Assembly (NCBI GenBank): GCA_049510295.1
Contig: JBEKZC010000012.1
Location: 5,492 to 69,491, forward strand
Reading direction: 5' to 3'
Length of the DNA stretch: 64,000 nucleotides
Source: Verrucomicrobiota bacterium
GTDB lineage: Bacteria; Verrucomicrobiota; Verrucomicrobiia; Limisphaerales; UBA11358
In this document: piece by piece, positions 18,658 through 26,145 of the stretch
How positions within the stretch are numbered: the first letter of the stretch is position 1
How the letters are laid out: each line of letters begins with the position of its first letter
Position numbers and translations under genes: made by a program
Notes under the pieces: model-generated
The model's input: the letters and a program-made list of their open reading frames with translations, nothing else
Database searches by the model: none
What the model was told of the DNA's origin: nothing

Positions 18658-18882
18658 TTATTCTTGAATCAAGACCGCCTTGTTCTTTTTCAGATATTTC
18701 TCCACGACCCGCTTGCCGCTGACCGAAGTCTGGGTCCGGACGGCATCGGGCTTGGCAAGTTTGTAATGCACCAGCAATTTGCCAACAAGTCCCACCTTGA
18801 GATTTAACTCCGCCATCCGCCAGATTTGACCGGTTTCCAGCGGTTGAAGGCTGATCCGGCGCGTTGGCTTGTTATTCTTCAT
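18658..18882 (-). CDS. conserved small basic protein, paralogue B (74 aa)
   Basis: The product is MKNNKPTRRISLQPLETGQIWRMAELNLKVGLVGKLLVHYKLAKPDAVR...EKYLKKNKAVLIQE, a paralogue of 14652..14876. Confidence 0.6.
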   Translation of the reverse strand: MKNNKPTRRISLQPLETGQIWRMAELNLKVGLVGKLLVHYKLAKPDAVRTQTSVSGKRVVEKYLKKNKAVLIQE

Positions 18883-19365
18883 AACGGAGTTTGTACCGGA
18901 ACACTTAATTTAACCAGATAAAAATTATAACGCGCATAAAGCAATTTACCGGACAGGGGCAACGATTCCTGCCCTTTAGGCAGGAATCATCGAGAGCGCA
19001 TCACGAAAGCCTTCCTGCTGTGGAACAAAAATTTCCTGTTTGCAAGTCAAAGGCTGAGAACGCCCAAATTTGAGGCAGGTATGACAAAAAGTGGACATTT
19101 GAAGAATGTTTAGGGAGGTTGTTTTTGCCCAAAATGAAGCTCAACTCAGGGCAATTGAAGGATAAAAACAGCCATAAAAATACATTTTGCATGAATCAGT
19201 TGGGGTATTGACGACGCAGGCGGGTTAATATCTTATTTTTGCTCCCTCCATTGGCATTATTATCGCTGATAAAAAGAGGCTGGCCGAACTGTTCATTATG
19301 CGCACAGTCGTCGCCAGAATTTGGTTTGGTGGGTTCAGGTGGGTTGGAAGCGAAAGCTTCCAAGA

Positions 19366-19393
19366 GATCCCCGCAGCAATGCGGGGATTTTTT
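19366..19393 (+). terminator. rho-independent terminator-like hairpin (plus strand)
   Basis: An 8-bp stem (atccccgc / gcggggat) with a 6-nt loop is followed by a T-run (tttttt). It lies inside an AT-rich, ORF-poor stretch of about 620 bp. Confidence 0.45.
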
Positions 19394-19506
19394 ATGGTGC
19401 ATCCGGCAGCGTGCATAATGAGATAAAAATCCCCGGCGCTTGAGCGGCCTTGCCTCAATCAGGCGCTGAATTTGCCGGCGAGTTTTGTTTTGGCCAGCGC
19501 GCCGCG

Positions 19507-19764
19507 TTATGGGGAAGAATCCCGGTAAGCCAGTTTGACTATCCAGTCGGCCAGAAAGAAACAAGCGGCCCCCAACACCAGCGCCGGGACACCAAACGCA
19601 AAATAAGAAAGAGACGAAGGCAGATCGGCATCGCCGCTTTCATTCGTGGGCAGGATGTTTTCAAAGATGTTTTCAAAGCCCGCCCACACGTTCCACAGGC
19701 CATAGAGGATGACCAGAAAACCGATCATCCGGACGACCACGCCAAAAAGTTCGGAAGGTTTCAT
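19507..19764 (-). CDS. hypothetical small membrane protein (85 aa)
   Basis: There are two predicted TM helices (VVVRMIGFLVILYGLWNVWAGF and FAFGVPALVLGAACFFLADWIV). It is co-directional with the neighbouring zinc-ribbon membrane protein. Confidence 0.45.
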   Translation of the reverse strand: MKPSELFGVVVRMIGFLVILYGLWNVWAGFENIFENILPTNESGDADLPSSLSYFAFGVPALVLGAACFFLADWIVKLAYRDSSP

Positions 19765-19816
19765 GTTGTCAAAATGACGAATAGTTCACGGTTGCCTGCC
19801 GGCCCCGGGCTTGATT

Positions 19817-20155
19817 TCAGCTTTCAGGTTTGTCCGGTTCGAGCGGTGCTGACTTTCGCCAGTGATCATCCAACCAGCGGTCCAACGGCAATAACACGAC
19901 CGGGACGATGACCAAACCGCCGCCGACCGCCATCATCCGGGAATGGGTCCAGCGGGCGACCAGGAACGTTGCCAGTCCGGCAATGATCAACGCCATCAGC
20001 ACCGCGATGGCAAGATACGACCATGAGCATGACAGTTTGAACCGGCGCTTGCAGGCAACACAGTTATGGCGCCCCCAGATTTCTAGAAAATACTCCTTCC
20101 AGGTCAAAGCGAACGTATGATTGCAATGTGGACATTTCATCGTTTGTCGTAACAC
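19817..20155 (-). CDS. hypothetical zinc-ribbon membrane protein
   Basis: A CPHC...CVAC zinc-ribbon pattern is followed by two TM helices. The start could be the ATG at 20140 (MKCPHCNH). Confidence 0.5.
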   Translation of the reverse strand: MLRQTMKCPHCNHTFALTWKEYFLEIWGRHNCVACKRRFKLSCSWSYLAIAVLMALIIAGLATFLVARWTHSRMMAVGGGLVIVPVVLLPLDRWLDDHWRKSAPLEPDKPES

Positions 20156-20271
20156 CTGACAGCCACAGGTTCAACCACCGCCGTCGAAAGTCAAGCTCCG
20201 CGGAATTTTCAGGCGGTGGCACAGTGAGTTTTGTTTTGGCAAACGCGCCGTTCGTGGATTAACTGGGCGCC

Positions 20272-21651
20272 ATGCAAGTCGTGCTCGATTACTTGAAACG
20301 CAACCAGGCCCGCTTCGTCGCCGAGTTGTGCGATTACCTCCGCTTCCCCAGCGTCTCCGCGCAGCCGCAGCATAAAAAGGACATGCGCGCCTGCGCCGGA
20401 TGGCTCGTGAACCACGCCCGGCACATCGGCCTCGACGCGTGCCTGTGCCCCACCGCCGGCCATCCCATCGTCGTCGCCAAAACGCCCGCCTCCGCTGCGC
20501 TTCGGCGCGGCAAGCCGCAACCGCACTTCATGATTTACGGCCACTACGACGTGCAGCCACCGGAGCCGCTCGAATTGTGGAAATCGCCGCCGTTCGCGCC
20601 GCGCATCGTCGGCCGCTCAATTTTCGCCCGCGGCAGCATGGACAACAAAGGCCAGAACCTCGCGCACTTCAAGGCCGTCGAGGCCTATCTCCAAACCGGC
20701 ACTCCCCTGCCCTGCGACCTCACCTTCGTCATCGAAGGCGAGGAGGAAGTCGGCAGCGCGAACCTCGCAAAATTTCTTAAAACACACCGCGCGGAGTTGC
20801 GCTGCGACGCCGTGGTCGTCTCCGACACCGACATCCCCAGCCCCAAACATCCCGCGCTGACTTATTCGCTGCGTGGCATCATCGCGTTTGAAATTACGGT
20901 GCATGGCCCGTCGCACGATTTGCACTCCGGTATTTTCGGCGGCGCGGTGGAAAATCCGGCAATGGCCCTCAGCCGGTTGCTCGCGCAACTCCGCGATGCC
21001 AGCGGCCGCGTAACCATTCCGGGTTTCTACGATGACGTCGCTCCGCTTTCGGCTTACGAACGGAAACAATTCGCCCGGCTGCCCATCAAGGACCGCGATC
21101 TTCAAAAATTGCTCGGCGTCAAAAAATTATTCGGCGAACGCGGCTTTACGCCCACCGAACAGCGCAGTGCGCGCCCGACGTTCGAGATCAACGGTTTGAC
21201 GAGCGGTTATCAAGGCCAGGGCAGCAAGACGATTGTGCCCGCGTGGGCGCGCGCCAAAATCACCTGCCGCCTTGTGCCGAACCAAAGGCCGGCGAGGATT
21301 CGCGAACTCGTCTGCCGGCACATCGAAAAAATCTGCCCGCCGACGGTGCGGCTCGAAATCGAGGCCGGTCACGGCGCGGAGGCGTATCTGGTTTCGCCCA
21401 AGAGTGTGCGGGCGCGGGCGGCGTTGCGCGCGCTCCAAGCCGCATTCGGCTGCAAGCCGATATTGATGCGTGAGGGCGGCTCGATCCCCATCGTCAACGA
21501 TTTCAAAAAAATTCTCGGCGCGGATTCACTGCTGCTGGGTTTGGGCCTGCCGGACGACAACGCGCATTCGCCGAACGAAAAGTTCAATCTCGATTGCTTC
21601 GCCAAAGGCCAGGCGATGAGCGCGCATCTGTGGCAGGAATTGGCGAAATAA
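20272..21651 (+). CDS. M20-family dipeptidase / metallopeptidase
   Basis: M20 motifs are present: GHYDVQP, ARGSMDNKGQ and EGEEEVGS. The 459-aa length includes a dimerisation-domain insert. Confidence 0.88.
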   Translation: MQVVLDYLKRNQARFVAELCDYLRFPSVSAQPQHKKDMRACAGWLVNHARHIGLDACLCPTAGHPIVVAKTPASAALRRGKPQPHFMIYGHYDVQPPEPLELWKSPPFAPRIVGRSIFARGSMDNKGQNLAHFKAVEAYLQTGTPLPCDLTFVIEGEEEVGSANLAKFLKTHRAELRCDAVVVSDTDIPSPKHPALTYSLRGIIAFEITVHGPSHDLHSGIFGGAVENPAMALSRLLAQLRDASGRVTIPGFYDDVAPLSAYERKQFARLPIKDRDLQKLLGVKKLFGERGFTPTEQRSARPTFEINGLTSGYQGQGSKTIVPAWARAKITCRLVPNQRPARIRELVCRHIEKICPPTVRLEIEAGHGAEAYLVSPKSVRARAALRALQAAFGCKPILMREGGSIPIVNDFKKILGADSLLLGLGLPDDNAHSPNEKFNLDCFAKGQAMSAHLWQELAK

Positions 21652-21665
21652 TCCGGCGAATGAAT

Positions 21666-21733
21666 CCTGGGAGCACTGGCGTCCCGCCGGCGTGGTGTCA
21701 GAAACTGGCCGGTGAGACGCCGGCGCTCCCAGG
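21666..21733. repeat. palindromic repeat family G (CCTGGGAGCRCTGGCGTCCCGCCGGCG)
   Basis: The arm cctgggagcactggcgtcccgccggcg pairs with cgccggcgctcccagg. It lies between the convergent M20 peptidase and maf genes. Confidence 0.65.
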
Positions 21734-21778
21734 TCCGGACACATTACCGGCACTCTCCGCAAACAGTTTGCGCGTCAG

Positions 21779-22354
21779 TCAAATTGCCTCCCAAGCACTC
21801 AGTTCCGCCCGCAACCGTTCCAGCGGCAGGCCGACGACGTTGCTGCAAGAGCCGGAGATTTCCGCGATAATTTTTTCGCCGTGCTCCTGGATCGCGTAGG
21901 CGCCCGCCTTGTCCAGCGGGTTCACCTTCGCCAGATAATCGCGGATTTGTCCGGCATCGAGCGGATGAAACATCACGTCCGTGCTCACCGCAAAAATCCG
22001 TTCCCGGTGTGCGCGCAAATGAATCAGGCTGATGCCGGTGACGACTTGATGGGTCCGGCCTTGCAGCCGCGTCAGCATCCGTTCCGCATCGGCGGGGCTT
22101 ACGGGCTTGCCCATGATTTCGCCGCCGAGAAACACCAGCGTGTCCGCCCCGAGCACGAGCGAGTCGGGATTTTTCTTTGCCACCGCGCGCGCCTTGCGAT
22201 GGGCGTTGATCTGGCAAAGTTCGAGCGGCGACAGTTGTTCGTCCAGAATTTCAGTTGCGTCACTGGAAACAACCTGAAACTTCAGTTTCAATTGCCGCAA
22301 CAATTCCGCGCGCCGCGGCGAGGCCGAAGCAAGAATGAGCGGCGGCAGATTCAC
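21779..22354 (-). CDS. maf: Maf-family nucleoside triphosphate pyrophosphatase
   Basis: It has LILASASPRRAELLRQL at the N-terminus, GADTLV, GKP and GAYAIQ. The length is 191 aa. Confidence 0.9.
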   Translation of the reverse strand: MNLPPLILASASPRRAELLRQLKLKFQVVSSDATEILDEQLSPLELCQINAHRKARAVAKKNPDSLVLGADTLVFLGGEIMGKPVSPADAERMLTRLQGRTHQVVTGISLIHLRAHRERIFAVSTDVMFHPLDAGQIRDYLAKVNPLDKAGAYAIQEHGEKIIAEISGSCSNVVGLPLERLRAELSAWEAI

Positions 22355-22444
22355 GCGGCAAATTTAAGCAATGTCGGTTGAAGTGTCGAGCGGGGCGGAG
22401 CATGTTGAAGTTCAAGTTTCAGCTTGTCTTTAAGACGGCTTGAC

Positions 22445-22570
22445 TTGGGAGCGCTGGCGTTCCCCCTTCGTCCCGTATTACGAGACCACGGAGGACGGAC
22501 CCGCCGGCACTCCCGGCGAGGAGAAGAATGATCTAAAGCAATTTAAAGCGTGCATTGGGGCGGAAATTAC
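22445..22570. repeat. repeat family G copy with a conserved 3-prime tail, immediately upstream of the URO-D-like gene
   Basis: The repeat reads ttgggagcgctggcgttccc ... ccgccggcactcccggc. The tail is gaggagaagaatgatctaaagcaatttaaagcgtgcattggggcgg. The same tail follows the copy at 23699-23782. Confidence 0.6.
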
Positions 22571-22603
22571 ATTAATTCGTTTTGCAAACAAAAGAAACCT
22601 GAC

Positions 22604-23629
22604 ATGACCGACCGACAATGGAACGATCTGCTCGCCGTGTTGCGCGGCGAAGTGCTGCGCCCGCTGCCCGTGGGCTTCATCATTGACTGCCCGTGGCTGC
22701 CCGGCTGGGAGGGGCTGGACATTGCCGATTACCTGTCGAGCGAGACGCTCTGGTTCGAGACGAACCGCAAGGCCATCGAGACGTTTCCCGATGTCTGGTT
22801 CCTGCCGGGGTTCTGGTCCGAGTTCGGCATGTGCACCGAACCGTCCGCGTTTGGCTGCCGCTGCGTTTTTCCGCGCAATGAATTCCCCTTCGCCGACAAA
22901 ATCATCACCGATGCCGGACAGGTCGCCGAGCTCAAGGTTCCCGATCCCGCCACGGACGGTTTGCTGCCGTTCATGCTCAACCGCCTGCGCTGGGCGCGCC
23001 CGCGCATCGAAGACCTCGGCCACAAAATCCGCTTCTCCGTCTCGCGCGGCCCGCTGAACGTGGCGACGTTCCTCATGGGCACGACCGAATTCCTGATGGC
23101 GATCAAGACCGACCCGGAGCCGATGCACCGGCTGTTGCGGGTCATCACGGATTTCCTGAAGCAATGGCACGCGCTCCAGCGCGAGACGTTTCCCACGATT
23201 GACGGCATGTTGGTGCTCGACGACATCGTGGGCTTCATGGGCGAACCGGATTTCGTCGAGTTCGGCCTGCCTTATTTTCGTGAATTGTATGACGTGAAGG
23301 TCACGGTGAAATTTTTCCACAACGACGCGCCGTGCGCCGAATCCATCAAGTATTATCCGGACCTCGGCATCAATCTCTACAACCCCGGCATCCAGACCTC
23401 GCTCACCGAAATGCGGCGGCTTTCCGGCAACAAACTCACCATCCTCGGCAACATCCCGCCGCGTGACGTGCTGGCGCAGGGCACGCCCGACGACGTGCGC
23501 GCCGCCGTGAAAAAACTGCTGGCGGAGGCGAAGGACCCGTCGCGGCTCATTCTCTCGTGCGGCGGCGGTGTGCCTCCCGGCGTGACCGCCGCCAATCTCC
23601 AGGCGTTCCTCCAGGCGGCGCGGCTGTAG
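22604..23629 (+). CDS. uroporphyrinogen-decarboxylase-family protein (URO-D / MtaA-like fold)
   Basis: The overall pattern fits the URO-D superfamily (FIIDCPWLPGW..., LVLDDIVGFM, FHNDAPC, ILSCGGGVPPG). The start was chosen at 22604 (MTDRQWNDLL). The substrate is unknown. Confidence 0.7.
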   Translation: MTDRQWNDLLAVLRGEVLRPLPVGFIIDCPWLPGWEGLDIADYLSSETLWFETNRKAIETFPDVWFLPGFWSEFGMCTEPSAFGCRCVFPRNEFPFADKIITDAGQVAELKVPDPATDGLLPFMLNRLRWARPRIEDLGHKIRFSVSRGPLNVATFLMGTTEFLMAIKTDPEPMHRLLRVITDFLKQWHALQRETFPTIDGMLVLDDIVGFMGEPDFVEFGLPYFRELYDVKVTVKFFHNDAPCAESIKYYPDLGINLYNPGIQTSLTEMRRLSGNKLTILGNIPPRDVLAQGTPDDVRAAVKKLLAEAKDPSRLILSCGGGVPPGVTAANLQAFLQAARL

Positions 23630-23698
23630 CGGCGGTCTGTGACCGTCGCAAAATCCCACCAAGACAGCGTCGCGCGAGGATAACCTTGACCTGTTTTC

Positions 23699-23782
23699 CC
23701 TGGGAGCGCTGGCGTCCCGCCGGCGCTCCCGGCAGAGAAGAATGGTCTGAAACAATTTGAGGCGTGCGCCCCGCTTGAAAAT
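23699..23782. repeat. repeat family G copy with a conserved 3-prime tail, immediately upstream of aroK
   Basis: The repeat cctggggagcgctggcgtcccgccggcgctcccggc-like palindrome (23699-23733) is followed by the tail agagaagaatggtctgaaacaatttgaggcgtgcgccccgcttg. Confidence 0.6.
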
Positions 23783-23798
23783 CCGATAATCCGTTGCT

Positions 23799-24338
23799 GT
23801 GCAAAACGACCGCCGCATCGTCAATCTTGCGCTCATCGGTTTCATGGGCGCGGGCAAGACGTCCGTTGGCCGGCTCGTCGCCGAGCAGTTGCATTTCGAG
23901 CATCACGACACCGACGAAATCATTCAGGCACGCACGGGTCGGACCATTACTGAGATTTTCGCGGCCGAAGGCGAACCGGCCTTTCGCAAACTGGAATCGG
24001 AACTGGTGGAAGAACTTGCCGGCCGCACCCGGATCGTCATTGCGACCGGCGGCGGTTTGCCCGCCAATCCCCAAAACCTGGCCAGTCTCAAAACGCATGC
24101 GCTGGTCGTCTGCCTGTGGGCGTCGCCGGAAAAAATATGGGAACGGGTGAAAAACCAGACGCACCGGCCTTTGCTGCACGATGCCGATCCGCAGAAAAAA
24201 ATCCGCGAACTGCTCGCCGCGCGCGAACCGTTTTACCGCCAGGCCGACGTGCTGTTGAACACCGAGCTGCGCTCCATCCGCGAAGTGGCGCAGCAGGTGG
24301 TGCATCAATTTCGACTCGAAGCCTCCAGTCGGCGATGA
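23799..24338 (+). CDS. aroK: shikimate kinase
   Basis: It has Walker A GFMGAGKTSVGR, shikimate-binding D(T)D and GGG motifs, and a length of 179 aa. Confidence 0.9.
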   Translation: MQNDRRIVNLALIGFMGAGKTSVGRLVAEQLHFEHHDTDEIIQARTGRTITEIFAAEGEPAFRKLESELVEELAGRTRIVIATGGGLPANPQNLASLKTHALVVCLWASPEKIWERVKNQTHRPLLHDADPQKKIRELLAAREPFYRQADVLLNTELRSIREVAQQVVHQFRLEASSRR

Positions 24339-24454
24339 AAGCGGTAATGTCCCGTTTGAGAAAGTAGCGCAGGCGTCCCGCCTGCGAAAACCGGCAATCA
24401 TGCAGGCCAGAGGCCCGCGTCACCTTTAAATTTGGTGCAGTTTGAGACAACGCC

Positions 24455-25534
24455 ATGAAAGAAAAGATCCGACAGCGGGCGCGGGAATTGGGATTTGACG
24501 ATTGCCGGTTCACGACGGCCGATGTGCCTGCAAGTGCGCGACAATTTCAAAATTGGCTGGCCGAAAAGCGACACGGCGAGATGGCCTGGCTCGAACGCAC
24601 CGCGTCGAAACGGGTTGATCCGCAGCGCGTGCTGCCGGAAGCAAGGAGCGTGATTTGCCTGGCGGCAAGCTACGCAACAGGTGACGAGTGTCGAGAGACG
24701 AGTGACGAATTATCGTCTATGTCCGATTCCCGCCACCCGTCACCCGTCACTCGTCACGCTTCGATTGCCCGCTACGCTCAATTTGATGATTACCACGACG
24801 TTTTGGGCGAACGATTGAAGATGCTGGCGGAATTTGTCAATCAACTTGGTGGCGCGGACACGCGGTCGCTGTGGTACGTTGACACCGGCCCATTGTTGGA
24901 ACGCGATTTCGCCCAGCGCGCCGGGCTCGGTTTTGTCGGCAAACACACCAATTTAATCAGCCGGCGATTTGGCAACTGGATTCTGCTTGGCGAAATCATC
25001 ACGACCCTGGAACTCGAACCGGACGCGCCGGAGAAAAATCATTGCGGCAACTGCGCGCGCTGCATCACTGCCTGCCCGACGAATGCCATCACCGCGCCGT
25101 TTCAACTCGACGCGCGCCGGTGCATTTCCTACCTCACTATTGAGTTGACAGGTCCCATCTCCGTTGAACTGCGTCCGGCCATCGGCCATCGTATTTTCGG
25201 CTGTGACGATTGCCTGGCGGCGTGTCCGTGGAACCGGTTTGCCCGCGAAGGCCGGTTGATGAAGGCGCATGCGCGACCGGACCTGGCCGCGCCGGACTTG
25301 ATGGAATTGCTGCAACTTGGCGAGGCCGGTTTCAAATCGCGTTTTGCCGGCACGCCGGTTCTGCGCATGAAGCGACGCGGTTTGCTGCGCAATGTTTGCG
25401 TTGCGCTGGGCAACACCGGCGGTGGCTCCGCCCTGCCCGCTTTGAGCCAGGCGGCCAAAGATTCCGAACCGTTGATTGCCGAACACGCCCAATGGGCGAT
25501 GGAACGAATTCAAAGCAAGGAAAGACACAGTTGA
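24455..25534 (+). CDS. queG: tRNA epoxyqueuosine(34) reductase
   Basis: The QueG N-terminal pattern is ELGFDDCRFT. Two 4Fe-4S motifs are present (CGNCARCITACPTNAI and CDDCLAACPWN), along with C-terminal HEAT-like repeats. A repeat-derived insert lies at 24681-24757. Confidence 0.9.
   Translation: MKEKIRQRARELGFDDCRFTTADVPASARQFQNWLAEKRHGEMAWLERTASKRVDPQRVLPEARSVICLAASYATGDECRETSDELSSMSDSRHPSPVTRHASIARYAQFDDYHDVLGERLKMLAEFVNQLGGADTRSLWYVDTGPLLERDFAQRAGLGFVGKHTNLISRRFGNWILLGEIITTLELEPDAPEKNHCGNCARCITACPTNAITAPFQLDARRCISYLTIELTGPISVELRPAIGHRIFGCDDCLAACPWNRFAREGRLMKAHARPDLAAPDLMELLQLGEAGFKSRFAGTPVLRMKRRGLLRNVCVALGNTGGGSALPALSQAAKDSEPLIAEHAQWAMERIQSKERHS
24681..24757. repeat. palindromic repeat family F (inverted arrays of GTGACGR) embedded in-frame in queG
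   Basis: The sequence is gtgacgagtgtcgagagacgagtgacg ... cgccacccgtcacccgtcactcgtcac. A second copy lies intergenically at 47462-47523. Confidence 0.7.
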
Positions 25535-25698
25535 CCCATGGCCTGTCGCGCCGAAATCCGATGAAGGCGGAATGAACACGGATAAACACGGGTTTATTTA
25601 ACGTAAAGACCGAAATGAACGCCCCGGAATGGATTCAACCACCGGTTGAACACCACAACGCGCTCCCCCTTCTAAATTCTTTACGGCCGACCGGCTGT

Positions 25699-25833
25699 TT
25701 AGTGGAACAGCTTCTGAAATATCCCCACAAACCAGAGCCGGGTCCTCTTCAGATAGAAAAACATGCCAATAAATGCCGAGATGATTGTTTGCCAGACGAG
25801 CGACCCCGTTCCCGGGTCAATGTATGCGAGCAT
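25699..25833 (-). CDS. possible 44-aa membrane peptide (MLAYIDPGTGS...)
   Basis: From the internal Met of ORF 25699..25893, the product is MLAYIDPGTGSLVWQTIISAFIGMFFYLKRTRLWFVGIFQKLFH, with one TM helix. It is AT-richer than its surroundings. Support is weak. Confidence 0.3.
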   Translation of the reverse strand: MLAYIDPGTGSLVWQTIISAFIGMFFYLKRTRLWFVGIFQKLFH

Positions 25834-26145
25834 AATGATAGTTGCTGAATGTTTGTTACAAAGACAAAAATTACAGCAGTTTATATGCCCCAAAATTGCG
25901 AAATTATGCCCAAAAACAGGAAAATCTTCTTCAAATTAGCTTGCCTGGCACCATGGTTTGCCTGTTTCGTCGCGTCGTGGCTCGCAAAGGTGGGGCTGGT
26001 CAAGGCCCCGCAATTTGCCATACTGTTGACGGACTTCGCCATAGGCCATTGATTTAACCGCAGAGAACGCAGCGAACACAAAGATGGATGAAATCCGGTT
26101 CGGTTCGCTGTGCCCTTTGTGCTCTTTGTGGTTAAATGGAAAGCC

